From NCBI GenBank assembly GCA_050049995.1, contig JASFVE010000002.1:1-50091 (forward strand): a DNA stretch of 50,091 bases, in the 5' to 3' direction. The notes below the pieces were generated by a model, which saw nothing but the letters and a program-made list of their open reading frames with translations, searched no databases and was not told where the DNA came from. The stretch comes from Chlamydiota bacterium. GTDB taxonomy: Bacteria > Chlamydiota > Chlamydiia > Chlamydiales > SM23-39. Below are positions 1 to 9,078 of this stretch, piece after piece (position 1 is the first letter of the stretch; each line of letters starts with the position of its first letter). The position numbers and the translations under genes were made by a program.

Positions 1-128
1 AAAAAGCTCATCAAATGATTAAAAATACAAAGTTAGTTGTTTTACCTGGAGCAGGTCATATGTTTTTCAATAAAGAAATAGAAAATCAGATTGTAGAAAA
101 TTTGCTAAGCCATTTTCGAGCAATCTAG
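1..128 (+). CDS. 3' end of an alpha/beta-hydrolase-fold protein (partial; begins upstream of window)
   Basis: Reading from nt 3 gives ...KLVVLPGAGHMFFNKEIENQIVENLLSHFRAI with stop TAG at 126-128. LPGAGH resembles the catalytic-His region at the C-terminus of alpha/beta hydrolases. Confidence 0.5.
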   Translation, partial: KAHQMIKNTKLVVLPGAGHMFFNKEIENQIVENLLSHFRAI

Positions 129-139
129 CCTAGAAAAGG

Positions 140-742
140 TTATTTCATTTCTTTAGAAAATTCTTCATGAGTTGAAGGCTTTACCTTGCTCTTTTGAATG
201 CACTTTGCAACAGAATCTTCCAAAATGTTTTTTACAGAAAATACTTTAAAAAAATCCAAAATTTTATCTTCTGATGGGGCTATAATTTCAACAGATGGAG
301 GTAGTCCTTCAATTTCTTCGATAAAGAGATGCAAATCATTGAATAAGTATTCCCATCCAGTCCTAAAGAAAGAAAACAAATGACTGAAGTTACTTGGTAT
401 TGTTTGAATAGCCTCTTCCAATAAATCTCCTTGGAACTTTACAAAAACATTATGTTTACTTTCAATCGGATCTCTAATTTTATGCACTGCTAGTATAGGT
501 TTTTGTTGTCGTTGTGTAATGAGATATTCACGTATGCGAATAAATTCTTTATTCAAATCCATCAAAGGATCTTGAATATAAATATGGTCAATAAAGGCAT
601 ATGTACCTAGATAGACAGCATCTTTTTGATGCAAACCTTCTCGAATAAATTTAACATTTTCAATAAAAGCTCTGCGTTCAATGCTTTGAAGAGAGATCAT
701 TGTTGCAAAAATTATAAAGATATAGCGAAGAGTAAATAACAT
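140..742 (-). CDS. CYTH-domain protein (CyaB/class IV adenylate cyclase or triphosphatase-like)
   Basis: 200-aa ORF. SIERRAF near the N-terminus is a degenerate ExExK. FIRIREY and HLFIEEIEGLPPSVEIIA resemble the conserved CYTH strands. AGGAA lies 8 nt upstream of the ATG. Confidence 0.5.
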   Translation of the reverse strand: MLFTLRYIFIIFATMISLQSIERRAFIENVKFIREGLHQKDAVYLGTYAFIDHIYIQDPLMDLNKEFIRIREYLITQRQQKPILAVHKIRDPIESKHNVFVKFQGDLLEEAIQTIPSNFSHLFSFFRTGWEYLFNDLHLFIEEIEGLPPSVEIIAPSEDKILDFFKVFSVKNILEDSVAKCIQKSKVKPSTHEEFSKEMK

Positions 743-785
743 AAAAAAAATTCCTTGTATGACCTAAGGTAATTCTAATAAACTT

Positions 786-1709
786 ATGAATATGAAAAAA
801 GAGCTTGTTGAGAAAGAAGGTTTAAAAGGAGTTCTCTTTTATTCCGATCAGGTCAAAAAGCCAACAGCTATTATTGTCCTTCCCGGATCAGATGGAGGAG
901 TTGCTGAAGCTCTATCAGAATATGTAGCATCTCACGGTTATATTGTTTTGGGCTTAGGGTACTTTGGAGAAAAGGGTTTGCCTTCTTACCTTGAAAATAT
1001 TCCGTTGGAGTACTTTCAAAAAGCAATCGATTGGTTAAGAAGTAGGTTTGAGCCTCACTCTCTAAATCTTTTGGGATATTCAAGGGGAGGAGAGTTAGCT
1101 CTTTTATTGGGCTCTTTTTTTCCTGGTATAATAGATGGGATTGTAGCTTTTGTACCAAGTAGTGCGGTTTGCGGGGGATTTCCTTATCCAAATAGACCTG
1201 CTTGGACTTTTAATAATGTCCCAATTTCTCCTTATTTGCAGGGAGCTATGAGCTCTTATCAAGATTTATCAGAAGCTGAGGATCTTTTTTTAGCTAGCAA
1301 AGAAGGAATTATTCCATATCACTCTAATTCAGAAGAAGACCCTTATGATATTGTAGATCTCTTTATGGCTCGCCATAAAAATAGTATCTTAGAAAATGCT
1401 GCTATTCCTGTAGAAAATATCTCTTGCCCTATTCTGATTATAACCGGCGATCAAGATAAAATTTGGCCATCAAGTCTATATGGGAAACTAATTATAGATC
1501 GATTACATCAGAAAAAATCCACCATCCAAAAAGAGCTTTTGATATATCCGAATGCAGGTCATGGCATTATAGCTCCCTATGAAGGTCCTGTATACCATCC
1601 AGTTGGAAAGTTTTGGTGTCGATTAGGAGGAACTCCTGAGGGTAACCAAGAAGCAAATAAGAAAGCATGGAAGGCAACTTTAGACTTTTTTAAAAGCTTG
1701 AGAAGCTAG
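786..1709 (+). CDS. alpha/beta hydrolase, BAAT/acyl-CoA thioesterase C-terminal (dienelactone-hydrolase-like) family
   Basis: 307-aa ORF with a nucleophile elbow GYSRGGELAL, an acid motif GDQDKIWPS and a His motif NAGHGI. Confidence 0.65.
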   Translation: MNMKKELVEKEGLKGVLFYSDQVKKPTAIIVLPGSDGGVAEALSEYVASHGYIVLGLGYFGEKGLPSYLENIPLEYFQKAIDWLRSRFEPHSLNLLGYSRGGELALLLGSFFPGIIDGIVAFVPSSAVCGGFPYPNRPAWTFNNVPISPYLQGAMSSYQDLSEAEDLFLASKEGIIPYHSNSEEDPYDIVDLFMARHKNSILENAAIPVENISCPILIITGDQDKIWPSSLYGKLIIDRLHQKKSTIQKELLIYPNAGHGIIAPYEGPVYHPVGKFWCRLGGTPEGNQEANKKAWKATLDFFKSLRS

Positions 1710-1811
1710 CTGTCATTTTCAAGTAAATGAGATTAAATTTTTTTTCTTTAATTTAATTTTCAGCATAAGTAATTTTTTCACACTAATAAATTTTTCAAAG
1801 GAGAAAAACGT

Positions 1812-2165
1812 ATGGCAAGTGCAGCAAACACATTTCCTGAAGGAGCTTTTTATTGTGGCCCAAGGTATTTATGGACTATTGATGAACTTGAAGAAAATGC
1901 CATAGCTAATCTAGGACCAATGGATAAAACTACTTATGCTGAATGTGCGGAAAAAATGAATAAGATTGCAGAAGAAAAGGGAATTATTCAGCCAAAGTTG
2001 GCCATTGGAATTAAATTTAAAGAAGGGGCTGCATTTGTAAAAGAACAGCCTTATCCAATTTTAGAAAGAGAGTGGGCAATATTTAAAAAAGATGCTGAAA
2101 CAATGTGCGAGTATATTCCAAATGTTTTTGTTGTGGATGGTTCAAAGTTTTCTCTTCCTATCTAA
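1812..2165 (+). CDS. hypothetical protein
   Basis: 117-aa ORF preceded by AAAGGAGAAAAACGT-ATG (Shine-Dalgarno-like) and followed by a hairpin terminator. No family recognised. Confidence 0.55.
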   Translation: MASAANTFPEGAFYCGPRYLWTIDELEENAIANLGPMDKTTYAECAEKMNKIAEEKGIIQPKLAIGIKFKEGAAFVKEQPYPILEREWAIFKKDAETMCEYIPNVFVVDGSKFSLPI

Positions 2166-2180
2166 TAATTTATGGATAGA

Positions 2181-2206
2181 AAAAGCCCACTACTAGCGGG
2201 CTTTTT
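2181..2206. terminator. bidirectional rho-independent terminator between convergent genes
   Basis: aaaaGCCCaCtactaGcGGGCttttt: a GC stem flanked by an A-run and a T-run, between the stop of 1812..2165 (+) and the stop of 2244..2636 (-). Confidence 0.6.
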
Positions 2207-2243
2207 CTTAAGTTTCCAATAGCACAAAAATTATCGTTATTGC

Positions 2244-2636
2244 TTAGAAGGGCATCTGATTGATGTATTTTTGTTGAAATTGGATTGAGTTTTCCATAGT
2301 TTCTCTAAAGTCGGGTATGCTGATTTCTATAGGCAGACCTAATTCAATTGATCTAGTGATTATTTTCCGCTCTTGATCAGCAACTCTTTGTCGGTCATCA
2401 GCAATTTTTGTAGCTTGGGATTTAAGATCGCCAGCACGTTTAACGTAAGCGGTTCTCTCTGTTAAGAGTTTTAATATTTCATTATTGATTCTATCCATCT
2501 CCATTCTAATAGAAGAAATGTCATGGCAAGTTTCTTTAGCTTTTTCATAATAAAAAATAAGAGTTCTCTCTTCGGAAAAAAGTTTAGGCTCAGTGTAAAA
2601 AACCAAAAGAGCTAATATAGTTACAAGAAATTTCAT
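2244..2636 (-). CDS. secreted chorismate mutase (AroQ class, periplasmic-type)
   Basis: 130-aa ORF with a hydrophobic N-terminal signal (MKFLVTILALLVFY). IRMEMDRINNEILKLLTERTAYVKRAGDLK...DRQRVADQERKII matches the R..ID.iD..il.Ll.eR / K / dp.RE pattern of AroQ mutases. Confidence 0.6.
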   Translation of the reverse strand: MKFLVTILALLVFYTEPKLFSEERTLIFYYEKAKETCHDISSIRMEMDRINNEILKLLTERTAYVKRAGDLKSQATKIADDRQRVADQERKIITRSIELGLPIEISIPDFRETMENSIQFQQKYINQMPF

Positions 2637-2772
2637 CTCAAAATAGTTGTTATTAAATTGATAAGGAAAACTATCAAATCAACTTTTAAACAGGAAGGAA
2701 ACTTCAATTTTGCCCATTTAAAACGATAAAGGACTTATATTACTTTAAATTTCTTACCCTTGAGAGATAAGC

Positions 2773-3207
2773 ATGACAACAGAAATAAAACAGCTGCCTT
2801 TAAGTGAAGGCTTAAAAAAGAAAATTTATGAAGGCTTTGCTCGTCATGCCATATCCATGATTGGACATAATGAAATACATAAGCCAGTTGCCTTTATAGC
2901 AAATGATCAAGAAAACTTTGCTGGTGCTGTTGTTGTCGATCTTTTTTGGGGCGCCTTACATATAAAATATGTCTATGTTGAAGATGAGTATCGAGGTCAA
3001 GGAATTGGAACGCAGTTAATGGAAAAAGCTTTTCAATATGGAAGAGAAAATCAATGTCCTTTTGCTTTTGTTGAGACTATGAGCTTTCAAGCATCTGACT
3101 TTTATCAAAAAATAGGCTTTCAGCTAGAATTTACTCGTTCAGGGTATAAATACAATACTGCATTTCATTACCTGCGTAAAAACTTGTCAAAAGAACAGAA
3201 TCTTTAG
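2773..3207 (+). CDS. GNAT family N-acetyltransferase
   Basis: 144 aa. VEDEYRGQGIGTQLMEKA is GNAT motif A (Q/RxxGxG/A). The C-terminal FYQKIGF is typical. Confidence 0.8.
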   Translation: MTTEIKQLPLSEGLKKKIYEGFARHAISMIGHNEIHKPVAFIANDQENFAGAVVVDLFWGALHIKYVYVEDEYRGQGIGTQLMEKAFQYGRENQCPFAFVETMSFQASDFYQKIGFQLEFTRSGYKYNTAFHYLRKNLSKEQNL

Positions 3208-3273
3208 AACTTTTGATAGAGTGAAAATTATAATTTCTATAAAGTTTTCCCACTAAAAAACAATATATACTCA

Positions 3274-4860
3274 ATGCCTGCAATTCAAAGATTTTTTGTT
3301 TGCCTTCTAGCTTTGACAACGACTTGGTTTTGTTTTGGAGGTGAAGGCACTTCTATTTTTCATTATAAAGATCATGAAGCTTTAGTCTTTGATCTACCCA
3401 AGAATAGAATTGTTCTACTAGATAAAGATGCTGAATTGTATCAATACGTTCTTGAAAAATTAGAAAATCAAGAAGAAAACAAGCTAAGACGATTTGTTCA
3501 ACTGCTAAATACTATGGCTGCTTGTATTAATTCAGGGGATCTGTTGCAAAGAGAAAAAGCCTTTTCCTTTCTTATTTCTCATCTCGATGCAGGCGGGAAG
3601 GAATATGAAGAAGAAATTGCATTTAAACAAGTGGAAGATAGAAGCCATATAGAGCTTTCCCCTCTATTTTCTACTGTAAAGGAAAGAGACCGAAAAGAGC
3701 TTATTGTAGCTGGCATACATGCATTAGGCCATTTGCAAATGACGGAGACTTTAGAAGAGGTGAGCTGTGCTTTTCGAGAATTTGATAAAGCCCATTCGAT
3801 TTTTAATAAGGGCGATTGGTTTGACTACGCCCTTGCGTGTTATTTTTCAGGAAAATTAACAGATGGAGAACTTTGCGCTCTTGCGCTTTTATCAACATTA
3901 ATTTCTTATCAACAACCTAAAGAGGTTGTTAATGTTGAGCTCGTAGATCTTGAGTCTAAGATAGGAGAAGAGTTTTTTTCAGAGTGTTATCAAGGAATAT
4001 TAAAGTCTGATACGACTTCTGTCTATCAAAGACTTCTTTTTGAGATAAAGGATAGATCACCACTGGAAAAACTTGTTTTTCGTGTCTCCTTTTCTAAAAA
4101 ACCTAATATGCAAGACTTCAATTCTTTTGTTCTTAAAGGAATGTGCTATCATCAAGATAAGTACCTCCTTCACTTAATGCCTTTTACATTCCATACATTA
4201 TTGAAGGTGCACTTTGGTGATAATGTGCAAGATTTATCAGCTTGTTTTGGGTTTTCGGAAAAAATTAAAGATTGGTGTCATGATCAAAGGCCTATTAGCA
4301 TTCCTTGTACAAGAATTCCTGTTATGTCTTGTGTCCACAATCAAAAAATATCCCATCTTGTAGAGACTCTTATTCATGATACGGCGCATCAAATAATCTG
4401 CTCGCATATTCCTAAAAAGCATCGAGATAAATTTCGTAAAGTAGCAAATTACCTTGGTAAAGAGTCAGAAAACTCGTTACATAAACAAGAACTTTTAGCG
4501 ATAAGAAACTATTTTTATGATATGCCCTTTCTTTACTACACTAGAGACAATATACCTTCAGAGCTGACTTTTTACATTCCATTTGTTGTAGCTATTTATC
4601 GAACATTATCAACAAAATGGCAAAATTCTTTTATTGACGAAATTATTGGAATGGCTCTCTATTTGCAAAAACATAATCCTAATTATATTGAAAAAAATTT
4701 CCTTACTCAATGTGAAACCTATTTAGAAAGCCCTTTGCTTTCAAGCGAAATGAAATGTCAGCTGCAGGGAGATAAAGATCTCGTGATATTTCTTAAAGAT
4801 ACTTTATCTGAGGCTTTACAAGAAACTGTTAAAGACTTGGATGTTTTCCAGGCTAACTAA
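3274..4860 (+). CDS. hypothetical exported protein
   Basis: 528-aa ORF with a hydrophobic N-terminus (FFVCLLALTTTWFCFG). No family recognised. Confidence 0.6.
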   Translation: MPAIQRFFVCLLALTTTWFCFGGEGTSIFHYKDHEALVFDLPKNRIVLLDKDAELYQYVLEKLENQEENKLRRFVQLLNTMAACINSGDLLQREKAFSFLISHLDAGGKEYEEEIAFKQVEDRSHIELSPLFSTVKERDRKELIVAGIHALGHLQMTETLEEVSCAFREFDKAHSIFNKGDWFDYALACYFSGKLTDGELCALALLSTLISYQQPKEVVNVELVDLESKIGEEFFSECYQGILKSDTTSVYQRLLFEIKDRSPLEKLVFRVSFSKKPNMQDFNSFVLKGMCYHQDKYLLHLMPFTFHTLLKVHFGDNVQDLSACFGFSEKIKDWCHDQRPISIPCTRIPVMSCVHNQKISHLVETLIHDTAHQIICSHIPKKHRDKFRKVANYLGKESENSLHKQELLAIRNYFYDMPFLYYTRDNIPSELTFYIPFVVAIYRTLSTKWQNSFIDEIIGMALYLQKHNPNYIEKNFLTQCETYLESPLLSSEMKCQLQGDKDLVIFLKDTLSEALQETVKDLDVFQAN

Positions 4861-4908
4861 GCTTTTCCTATAATTGTTATTTAACAAGCGTTTTTTTATA
4901 TAGAAAAT

Positions 4909-5544
4909 ATGAAACGCCCGAATTACGAATTACCTCCTGAGCCTTGGAACTACAATCCTTCTAAATGGAGTCAAAGGTTTCGTGTTGCTATAGTTGGGCT
5001 ATTTGCATTTTTGATTGCTGTTTATCTCGGGCTTTATCAGTGGGGGATCATTTCCTCTATTTGGGATCCCATATTTGGAGAACAGTCAATGCAGGTGTTA
5101 GACTCATCTACTTCTCACTGGATGAGCCGCCTATTTCGGATCCCGGATGGGGTAATAGGAGCCTGGGCCTATCTTGGAGATGTTGTTTTCGCTTTAGCTG
5201 GCTCTGTCCGGCGTTGGCAATTTCGGCCTTGGCTAGTGATTATATTTGGATTAGATGTAATTCCTTTAGGCATTGTTAGTATTATTCTTGTAATAGCACA
5301 AGGCTTTATTGTTAAGGCATGGTGTTTTCTTTGCCTTGTAACGGCGTTTATTTCTCTTATATTAATTATTCTGGCATATGATGAAGTGGTCTCCTGTATT
5401 ATTTTCCTGTATCGAGTCTGGAAGAGATCAAAAGATGTTAAACTTCTATGGAAAACTTGCTGGGGATATCCCTCTAAAATTTCTCATGAAGTTGGATTAG
5501 AACTTACAAAAAAAGGGAGAAAGCATGTGGGCAAGAATCATTGA
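4909..5544 (+). CDS. integral membrane protein, vitamin-K-epoxide-reductase (VKOR)-like
   Basis: 211 aa with about 4 hydrophobic helices. WCFLCLV is a CxxC at the start of the last helix, as in VKOR/DsbB-type oxidoreductases. I did not see the loop Cys pair. Confidence 0.4.
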   Translation: MKRPNYELPPEPWNYNPSKWSQRFRVAIVGLFAFLIAVYLGLYQWGIISSIWDPIFGEQSMQVLDSSTSHWMSRLFRIPDGVIGAWAYLGDVVFALAGSVRRWQFRPWLVIIFGLDVIPLGIVSIILVIAQGFIVKAWCFLCLVTAFISLILIILAYDEVVSCIIFLYRVWKRSKDVKLLWKTCWGYPSKISHEVGLELTKKGRKHVGKNH

Positions 5545-5869
5545 GTTATTCATAGCGGGATTTTTAATAGCTAGTAGTTGGATTTTTCAAAGCTCAAGTT
5601 TTCTTTGGATTTTTAACATTATAACTACGACTTGGATTATCCTTTTTTCCCTTCTTTCTTTTAGTCACCGACTTAGGAAAATCCATTTGATGAATATTAT
5701 TGCTGCACTTGCTTTAGCTATTTGCGCTTTTATTCAACCAGATCCACCTCCGCCACCTGTTTATCAAAATTATATGGTCTTAGCATTATTACTGATCATG
5801 TTTGCTGTTTTACCTACAGAGGCTTCTAAAGCACCAATACCTTGGAGGAGATTTTATAAAAAAGCATGA
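5525..5869 (+). CDS. small polytopic membrane protein (possibly SPW-repeat-like)
   Basis: 114-aa hydrophobic ORF that overlaps the previous gene by 20 nt, which suggests translational coupling. Confidence 0.45.
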   Translation: MWARIIELFIAGFLIASSWIFQSSSFLWIFNIITTTWIILFSLLSFSHRLRKIHLMNIIAALALAICAFIQPDPPPPPVYQNYMVLALLLIMFAVLPTEASKAPIPWRRFYKKA

Positions 5870-5877
5870 TGCGCTTG

Positions 5878-6102
5878 CTACTGAGGAGAGTCTTTTTCAA
5901 AGTAATCTTTTAATAGTTCTATAGATTGCTCTAAGTTCTCTTTAGAAACATAAAGTTGGATTCCTTGTGTGAACCTAAGATGAGGGAGAAGTCCACTTGC
6001 ATCATTTGTTCTCAACTCAGATGGAATCCCATGACTTTCTAACTTAGCTTGAGCAAGCTGAGCTTGCATTAATTCTTTAGTGTTTAAAATGCAGACATTC
6101 AT
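5878..6102 (-). CDS. small DUF2007-like (putative signal-transducing) protein
   Basis: 74-aa ORF. Its size and pattern (AQLAQAKLESHGIP...) resemble DUF2007. The call is weak. Confidence 0.35.
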   Translation of the reverse strand: MNVCILNTKELMQAQLAQAKLESHGIPSELRTNDASGLLPHLRFTQGIQLYVSKENLEQSIELLKDYFEKDSPQ

Positions 6103-6194
6103 ATTTGTTAAGCTGTTTTTTTATGAAGAGACACTGTAAATGATTTTCTTATTAATTTACAGTAAAGCTGAGAAAAGGAGATAGCTCAAGCCTA

Positions 6195-6607
6195 TTAATT
6201 ACGGCAAGTTTTGTACATGATTTGAAAATACATCTTGTCTCGATATTCAGGTGAAATAAGCATTATAGAGTCTTTTGGGAACTCTTTTTCTTCCCCTGAA
6301 AATTTATATCCTAATTTTTTATAGAAACATATCAGATTTTCTTGCGTGGTGGGGATAACAGTCATAGTAATCTTTTCGACGGTTTGAAATACATGGTTTT
6401 CAACTGATTTCATAAATATAGGGCCGATTCCTTTTCCTTGGGAGTTATCCGGTATCCAGCTAAGAACTTTGCTTTTTTATAAACTGCATTTACCAGTGAC
6501 GCAATTTTACCCGAATCTGAAATATTTTCAGCTATTTGAATACTATGCTGTTTACCTACTATATTTTTGATAAATCTTAACGGCTTCCTGAAAATCCTCC
6601 CCACCAA
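6195..6607 (-). pseudogene. GNAT acetyltransferase interrupted by a 1-nt frameshift in a homopolymer
   Basis: ORFs 6410..6607 and 6195..6413 are adjacent frames of one gene. Extending the frame of the 3' ORF upstream gives KSKVLSWIPDNSQGKGIGPIFMKSVENH (GNAT motif A QGKGIG) as far as a TAA at 6477-6479. Adding one A to the A6 run (T6 on the plus strand, 6473-6478) fuses it to ...SLVNAVYKK. The C-terminal FYKKLGYKF is typical of GNATs. Confidence 0.55.
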
Positions 6608-7301
6608 TGTCTAAAAGTAGATTTTCTGTAAAAAGTTCAGAGAGTCTCGGGTCTTTTCCCCAGTTTGTTAAGTATTCAATTCTTTCTGCAAAAGAAGGAT
6701 GGTCGCCCTCTTCGTTTTCATTAATATTTGGGTTATTCTCTATTTCTTTTCTTAAAGCCCTAATCCCACTTTCTGAAGAAGTTAAATAGGTTGCAATGAA
6801 ATCACAAACGCGCTCTTGCGCTCGATCATGTTTTAGATCGGCAACTCTTTTGCCAGCAATTTCTATAGAGGTGGATTTCAGAGTCTTGAAATGCTCTGAA
6901 AGATATATATGCCCCATTTCATGACCAATTACCCACTTAAGTTCATCATCAGAAAAGGTAGTGAAAACTTTTCGTTCTACAAGAGTTATTTTGTCTAAAG
7001 CTTCTTTAGCTTCCTTATTTAAAGGAAATCGGCTCGCTTGATGAATTTTATCTTGTGTTTCTTCTGAAAAACATTTAAGAGGGATCGGTAGAAATTGAAA
7101 GAGGCTGGCCCAGTCAGGATTATTAGTAAGTACAACTCTGCTTTCAGATAAATTCAATTTTTCAGAAAACTCTTTTACAATCTTTGTAATTTTCTCAGCA
7201 GTTTTTAAATCTTCCCCCAATAATTCAACCATAGTGCCATCAAGGGGGCGCATACGGAGAGAGTCGAAAAAAGGAAATGAAGTAGCAGATGCAGCAGTCA
7301 T
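6552..7301 (-). CDS. M48-family zinc metallopeptidase
   Basis: 249 aa with an HExxH motif (VIGHEMGHIY) plus a downstream GDHPSFAERIEYL, which matches the M48 HPp..eRi..l motif. Confidence 0.6.
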   Translation of the reverse strand: MTAASATSFPFFDSLRMRPLDGTMVELLGEDLKTAEKITKIVKEFSEKLNLSESRVVLTNNPDWASLFQFLPIPLKCFSEETQDKIHQASRFPLNKEAKEALDKITLVERKVFTTFSDDELKWVIGHEMGHIYLSEHFKTLKSTSIEIAGKRVADLKHDRAQERVCDFIATYLTSSESGIRALRKEIENNPNINENEEGDHPSFAERIEYLTNWGKDPRLSELFTENLLLDIGGEDFQEAVKIYQKYSR

Positions 7302-7490
7302 ATTTTTATATCCTCCCTTTTATAAGGGCTATTATTTTATCTATTCTGGGGCGTTTTTGTCTATTGAAGTACTATCTTTTAGGGGCTATAGAGAATCTAA
7401 GAAATGTCAAAGATATTTAAAAAAAGCTCTTTTTTTAAGTTACGAAAGTATGTAATTATAGTCCTTTATCTAAGTACTTTATGTATATGT

Positions 7491-8078
7491 ATGCAAAATC
7501 AACTAGCTGAAATAAGAAAATCCTTACTATTTTTGTATGTGAAAGAATTAAAGGAAATAGCTGCTCATCTATCTCTATCAGACAAAGGAAATAAAATGAC
7601 GGTTATCATGCGTATTTTACATTTTTTAGAAACAGGACAAAGATTAGCAGCTCCTAAGTTTCCAAAAGAATCCTGCGCACAAAAGGGGAAAATCTATCCC
7701 ATAAATGAAAATGAACTAATGTTAAAGGGAGCTTATAAAAACGACCTTGAAACGCGAGTTTTTTTTAAAGGGTTAATTGGCCCTTATTTTCATTTTACTG
7801 CTTTTGGTATTGATTGGTTAAATGAGAGGTGGATGCAGGGTAAGCCTCCCACTTATCGAGAATTTGCCCAAATGTGGGAAGAGGAATACCAAAGAAGAAA
7901 AAAAGCTCCAGCACCTCCTAAAGAAGAATGGGCTTATATCAATTTTGTACAAAACTTGTTATCTAAATCACCTTTAATTGATCGAGAAGGTGTTAATAGT
8001 GCCTGGGAAAATGAACGAAAAAAACATAAAGCAAAAGTTTTTAACTTGCTTGAAGATTTTTCCCCTTCATTTTTTTAG
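7491..8078 (+). CDS. SAP-motif-containing hypothetical protein
   Basis: LYVKELKEIAAHLSLSDKGNKMTVIMRILHFL resembles a SAP motif. The ORF is open from 7404, but ATG 7491 starts just before the conserved-looking part, so the start is uncertain. Confidence 0.4.
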   Translation: MQNQLAEIRKSLLFLYVKELKEIAAHLSLSDKGNKMTVIMRILHFLETGQRLAAPKFPKESCAQKGKIYPINENELMLKGAYKNDLETRVFFKGLIGPYFHFTAFGIDWLNERWMQGKPPTYREFAQMWEEEYQRRKKAPAPPKEEWAYINFVQNLLSKSPLIDREGVNSAWENERKKHKAKVFNLLEDFSPSFF

Positions 8079-8139
8079 CAATAAATATGTTTCATATTTT
8101 ATTGTCTTAGCATATTTTTTCATAAAAAAGGAGACTATA

Positions 8140-8517
8140 ATGACCTCACACCCTAAGGCTAACCTTCAACTTATTTACGTGTCTGATATCAAACGTTCCA
8201 CGAATTTCTACAAGATGATTTTTAATGCAGATCCGGTATTTACGAGTCCTCGTTATGTAACATTTGATGCAGATGAGAATGGGAAGGCTCTGTTTGCTAT
8301 ATGGACAGGTGGAACAACTCCAGATAAAAAGACTCCTAGATTTTCAGAGATTGGAATCTTACTCTCATCAGACGAAGAGGTTGATCAGCTTTTTGACAAA
8401 TGGAAAAAGAACCCTGAAATTAAATTCGCAAAAGAGCTTTATACGGATGTTTTCGGTCACACTTTTATTATAGAAGATCCAGATGGTCATCTTATTCGAG
8501 TGAGTCGAGTAGATTAA
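8140..8517 (+). CDS. VOC (glyoxalase/bleomycin-resistance) family protein
   Basis: AAAGGAGACTATA-ATG at 8140. The 125-aa product has FYKMIFN..., ...FGHTFIIEDPDGHLIRV, typical of VOC beta-alpha-beta-beta-beta modules. The ORF-track start 7978 overlaps the previous gene. Confidence 0.65.
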   Translation: MTSHPKANLQLIYVSDIKRSTNFYKMIFNADPVFTSPRYVTFDADENGKALFAIWTGGTTPDKKTPRFSEIGILLSSDEEVDQLFDKWKKNPEIKFAKELYTDVFGHTFIIEDPDGHLIRVSRVD

Positions 8518-8523
8518 CTTGTA

Positions 8524-8994
8524 TTAGAACCCAACTCCTAAAGAAAGAGTTGCCCCTGGAACAGTAAAAAAACTACCTTGTAATTGGATTAGCATAGGAT
8601 GCTCTTTACTAGCTGTCTGATAACCTACGATCAAAGGAAAGTTAGCTAGTAATGGTAGTTCACTATTCAGGAATAATGGAACAAGCGTGATGCCTGCACC
8701 TAAATAAGGGCCATTCCATTTTAATGGATAAGCTAGGTAAGCTCCTTGAAAAAAGGGGATGATGCCTTCAATATTACCTTCATTAAGCCCAACAAGGGTA
8801 GTTCCTATATTGATATCTAGTGCAGATACTTTATAAATGCGGCGATATCCCAATCCAATATCTAGACCATTAATATCTTCACCCGCGTAGTATCCTCCCA
8901 CATTTGAGTAGAAAAAGGAATTTTTCTGGTTGAATTCTAGGTGCATTCTCCCCATTAGCGTAAAAGGAAAAAGCAGTAAAAGTACATATCTCAT
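8524..8994 (-). CDS. small outer-membrane beta-barrel-like protein
   Basis: 156 aa with a signal peptide (MRYVLLLLFPFTLMG), an alternating Gly/aromatic-rich pattern and a C-terminal ...LSLGVGF (terminal Phe beta-signal). Confidence 0.5.
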   Translation of the reverse strand: MRYVLLLLFPFTLMGRMHLEFNQKNSFFYSNVGGYYAGEDINGLDIGLGYRRIYKVSALDINIGTTLVGLNEGNIEGIIPFFQGAYLAYPLKWNGPYLGAGITLVPLFLNSELPLLANFPLIVGYQTASKEHPMLIQLQGSFFTVPGATLSLGVGF

Positions 8995-9078
8995 AATTAA
9001 CTTTCTTTTTTTAAGACAAAGAATTGTAAGGAATTAAAGTATTTTTAAAAAATACGAATAAAATATTTAATCACAAAT

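Noticed and set aside
7978-8139. The long N-terminal extension of the VOC-family ORF (track start 7978).
   Set aside because: The extension overlaps the 3' end of the upstream gene and has no VOC similarity. ATG 8140 has a strong AAAGGAG upstream and gives a typical 125-aa VOC protein.
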